Sequence record: PQ850624.1
DNA length: 44,889 nucleotides
Strand: one strand, 5' to 3'
Source: Escherichia phage RuthEpting_Bas85
Shown: positions 43,421 to 44,889 of the stretch, piece by piece
Layout of the letters: each line of letters starts with the position of its first letter
Position numbering within the stretch: position 1 is the first letter of the stretch
Notes under the pieces: generated by a model
Databases searched by the model: none
What the model saw: the letters and a program-made list of their open reading frames with translations, nothing else
Told to the model about the DNA's origin: nothing
Position numbers and translations under genes: made by a program

Positions 43421-44563
43421 ATGCACCCTCAAACTAAAATTACCGACGAGCAATTGATCGCTGAATTGCAATCTGGCACTACCTCGAAAGATATTGCGAA
43501 GAAATACGGCATTGCCCTACGCAATGTCTATATGCGCAAAGCCCGCCTGTCGAAGAAAGGCATTGGTCACGGTAACGATGCCGTAATCCGTAAGCGCGTT
43601 GCCGATGGCTTCGGCGTTAAGCGCGTATCCGCCCTGGTGCGTGGCAATGGCGAAGAGGTCATGTCCTGGGTCATCACCGAGCAAGACAAGGAGCGCCAGC
43701 TTGAAGCAATGCGCGCCGTTGTCGAGGGCATGAATAGCGAAATCACACCGGCAGCACCAGTGAGCGCTCCGCCAGTCCCGATCCAGGCGCTTGACCTGCT
43801 TAACCTGTATACCGTGTCGGACTTCCACCTGGGAATGTTGGCGTGGGGCGAGGAGACTGGCGAGGACTGGGATATGGCAATCGCTGAAGACCTGTTCTAC
43901 CGCTGGTTTGTCGAAGCCTTCGCCCGCGCACCGGACGCTGGCACTGCCGTAATCAATATTCTCGGTGATATGGCGCATTTTGACAGCCTCGACGCCGTCA
44001 CGCCAGCCAGTGGTCACGTACTGGACGCAGATACCCGCTACCAGAAACTGGTCCGCTACATGATTCGCATGGTGCGCAACGTGGTTGAACTGGCGCTGCA
44101 AAAACACCATAAGGTCAAACTGTTAATCGTCCAGGGTAATCATGATGAGTCCGGTATGATTTGGCTGGCTGAGATGTTCAATACCCTGTACGAGAACGAG
44201 CCGCGCGTTGATGTGGACACGTCCCCGGACGTTTACAAAATGGTGCAGCACGGTAAAACAACGCTGTTCTTCCACCACGGACACAAAGCACGCTTTGACG
44301 CCATCGAACCGGTCATGATTTCTAAATTCAGACAGGCTTTCGGGTCCAGTGAGTACAGCTACGCGCACGTGGGCCACTTGCACCACCAGAAGATTGTTGA
44401 ATCCCGCAACATGATTGTTGAACAGCACCGGACCCTTGCCGCGAAAGACGCATACGCAAGCCGCGGCGGTTGGATGTCTGGTCGCAGTGCTAACGTCATC
44501 ACCTATAGCGCCAACTACGGCGAAGTAGCGCGCTTAACCATTAGCCCGGAAATGTTGAAATGA
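43421..44563 (+). CDS. metallophosphoesterase (calcineurin-like) with N-terminal HTH-like domain
   Basis: 380 aa; phosphoesterase motifs VSDFHLG, GDMAHFD, GNHDE, HHGH, GHLHH; N-terminal TSKDIAKKYGIALRNVY resembles an HTH. Confidence 0.7.
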   Translation: MHPQTKITDEQLIAELQSGTTSKDIAKKYGIALRNVYMRKARLSKKGIGHGNDAVIRKRVADGFGVKRVSALVRGNGEEVMSWVITEQDKERQLEAMRAVVEGMNSEITPAAPVSAPPVPIQALDLLNLYTVSDFHLGMLAWGEETGEDWDMAIAEDLFYRWFVEAFARAPDAGTAVINILGDMAHFDSLDAVTPASGHVLDADTRYQKLVRYMIRMVRNVVELALQKHHKVKLLIVQGNHDESGMIWLAEMFNTLYENEPRVDVDTSPDVYKMVQHGKTTLFFHHGHKARFDAIEPVMISKFRQAFGSSEYSYAHVGHLHHQKIVESRNMIVEQHRTLAAKDAYASRGGWMSGRSANVITYSANYGEVARLTISPEMLK

Positions 44564-44772
44564 TTAGACAAGTATTCATGAGCACGCAGGCCACCCGCCT
44601 GAAAGAGCTACGCAAGCAACTCGAAGGATTGCGCCGATTCGAACGAACGGCAGCGGCAATAGGCATGTCTATCAGTGAGCGGATCGAGATACTATCGCAA
44701 ATACGCTACACAGAAGGCGCTATAAGCGAAGTAGAAAGCATGTTGACCAGATACTACGGTCGCGCCGTTTAA
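44560..44772 (+). CDS. hypothetical protein
   Basis: 70-aa ORF overlapping the phosphoesterase stop; helical, basic. Confidence 0.4.
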   Translation: MIRQVFMSTQATRLKELRKQLEGLRRFERTAAAIGMSISERIEILSQIRYTEGAISEVESMLTRYYGRAV

Positions 44773-44889
44773 CCCTCCCAGCCCGCCGATTTGGTGGGCT
44801 TTTTTGTGCCTGTTATAATCCCCCTTAGATGGCTGGGCCGTCTCCTATGTTGCCGATGGTCGGCGCATATGCATAAAAGGGCTTATATC

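Noticed and set aside
1-44889. Search for integrase, CI/Cro-type repressor, tRNA genes and attP
   Set aside because: No tyrosine or serine recombinase motifs, no lysogeny module and no tRNA-like cloverleaf candidates were recognised in the intergenic regions; the phage is most likely virulent. tRNA absence is by eye only and should be confirmed with tRNAscan-SE.

Overview
The window reads as an essentially complete ~44.9-kb genome of a virulent tailed dsDNA phage with a lambda-like siphovirus tail module, enterobacterial in style. By gene content it resembles HK578/Dhillonvirus-like coliphages, but that is inference and no search was run. All protein calls rest on motifs read by eye. Layout: (1) plus-strand late operon 1-24077: TerS, TerL, portal, head morphogenesis protein, a displaced Rz/Rz1-like spanin pair, scaffold, major capsid, connectors, major tail, G/GT chaperone with a -1 frameshift, tape measure, lambda-like M-L-K-I-J, and a side fibre with C-terminal chaperone domain. 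It is interrupted by two minus-strand islands (5004-6122, two unknown proteins; 21029-22218, RBP-like protein plus Cor/Llp-like lipoprotein). (2) Minus-strand early/replication operon 24101-36661: Dam and a short C5-like methyltransferase, SNF2 helicase, VRR-NUC, family-A DNA polymerase, DUF2815-type SSB, DUF2800/Cas4-like nuclease, and charged-repeat proteins. (3) Plus-strand right arm 36931-44772: HTH protein, primase-helicase, small unknown genes, holins, endolysin, metallophosphoesterase. No integrase, repressor, tRNA or CRISPR array was seen. The most unusual signals are non-coding: two near-identical GCGGGACA-iteron-plus-hairpin elements about 27.7 kb apart (11.75-12.07 kb and 39.63-39.80 kb), and a TGCAACCAAT motif present in at least 15 exact copies, nearly all intergenic and overlapping promoter-like sequences.
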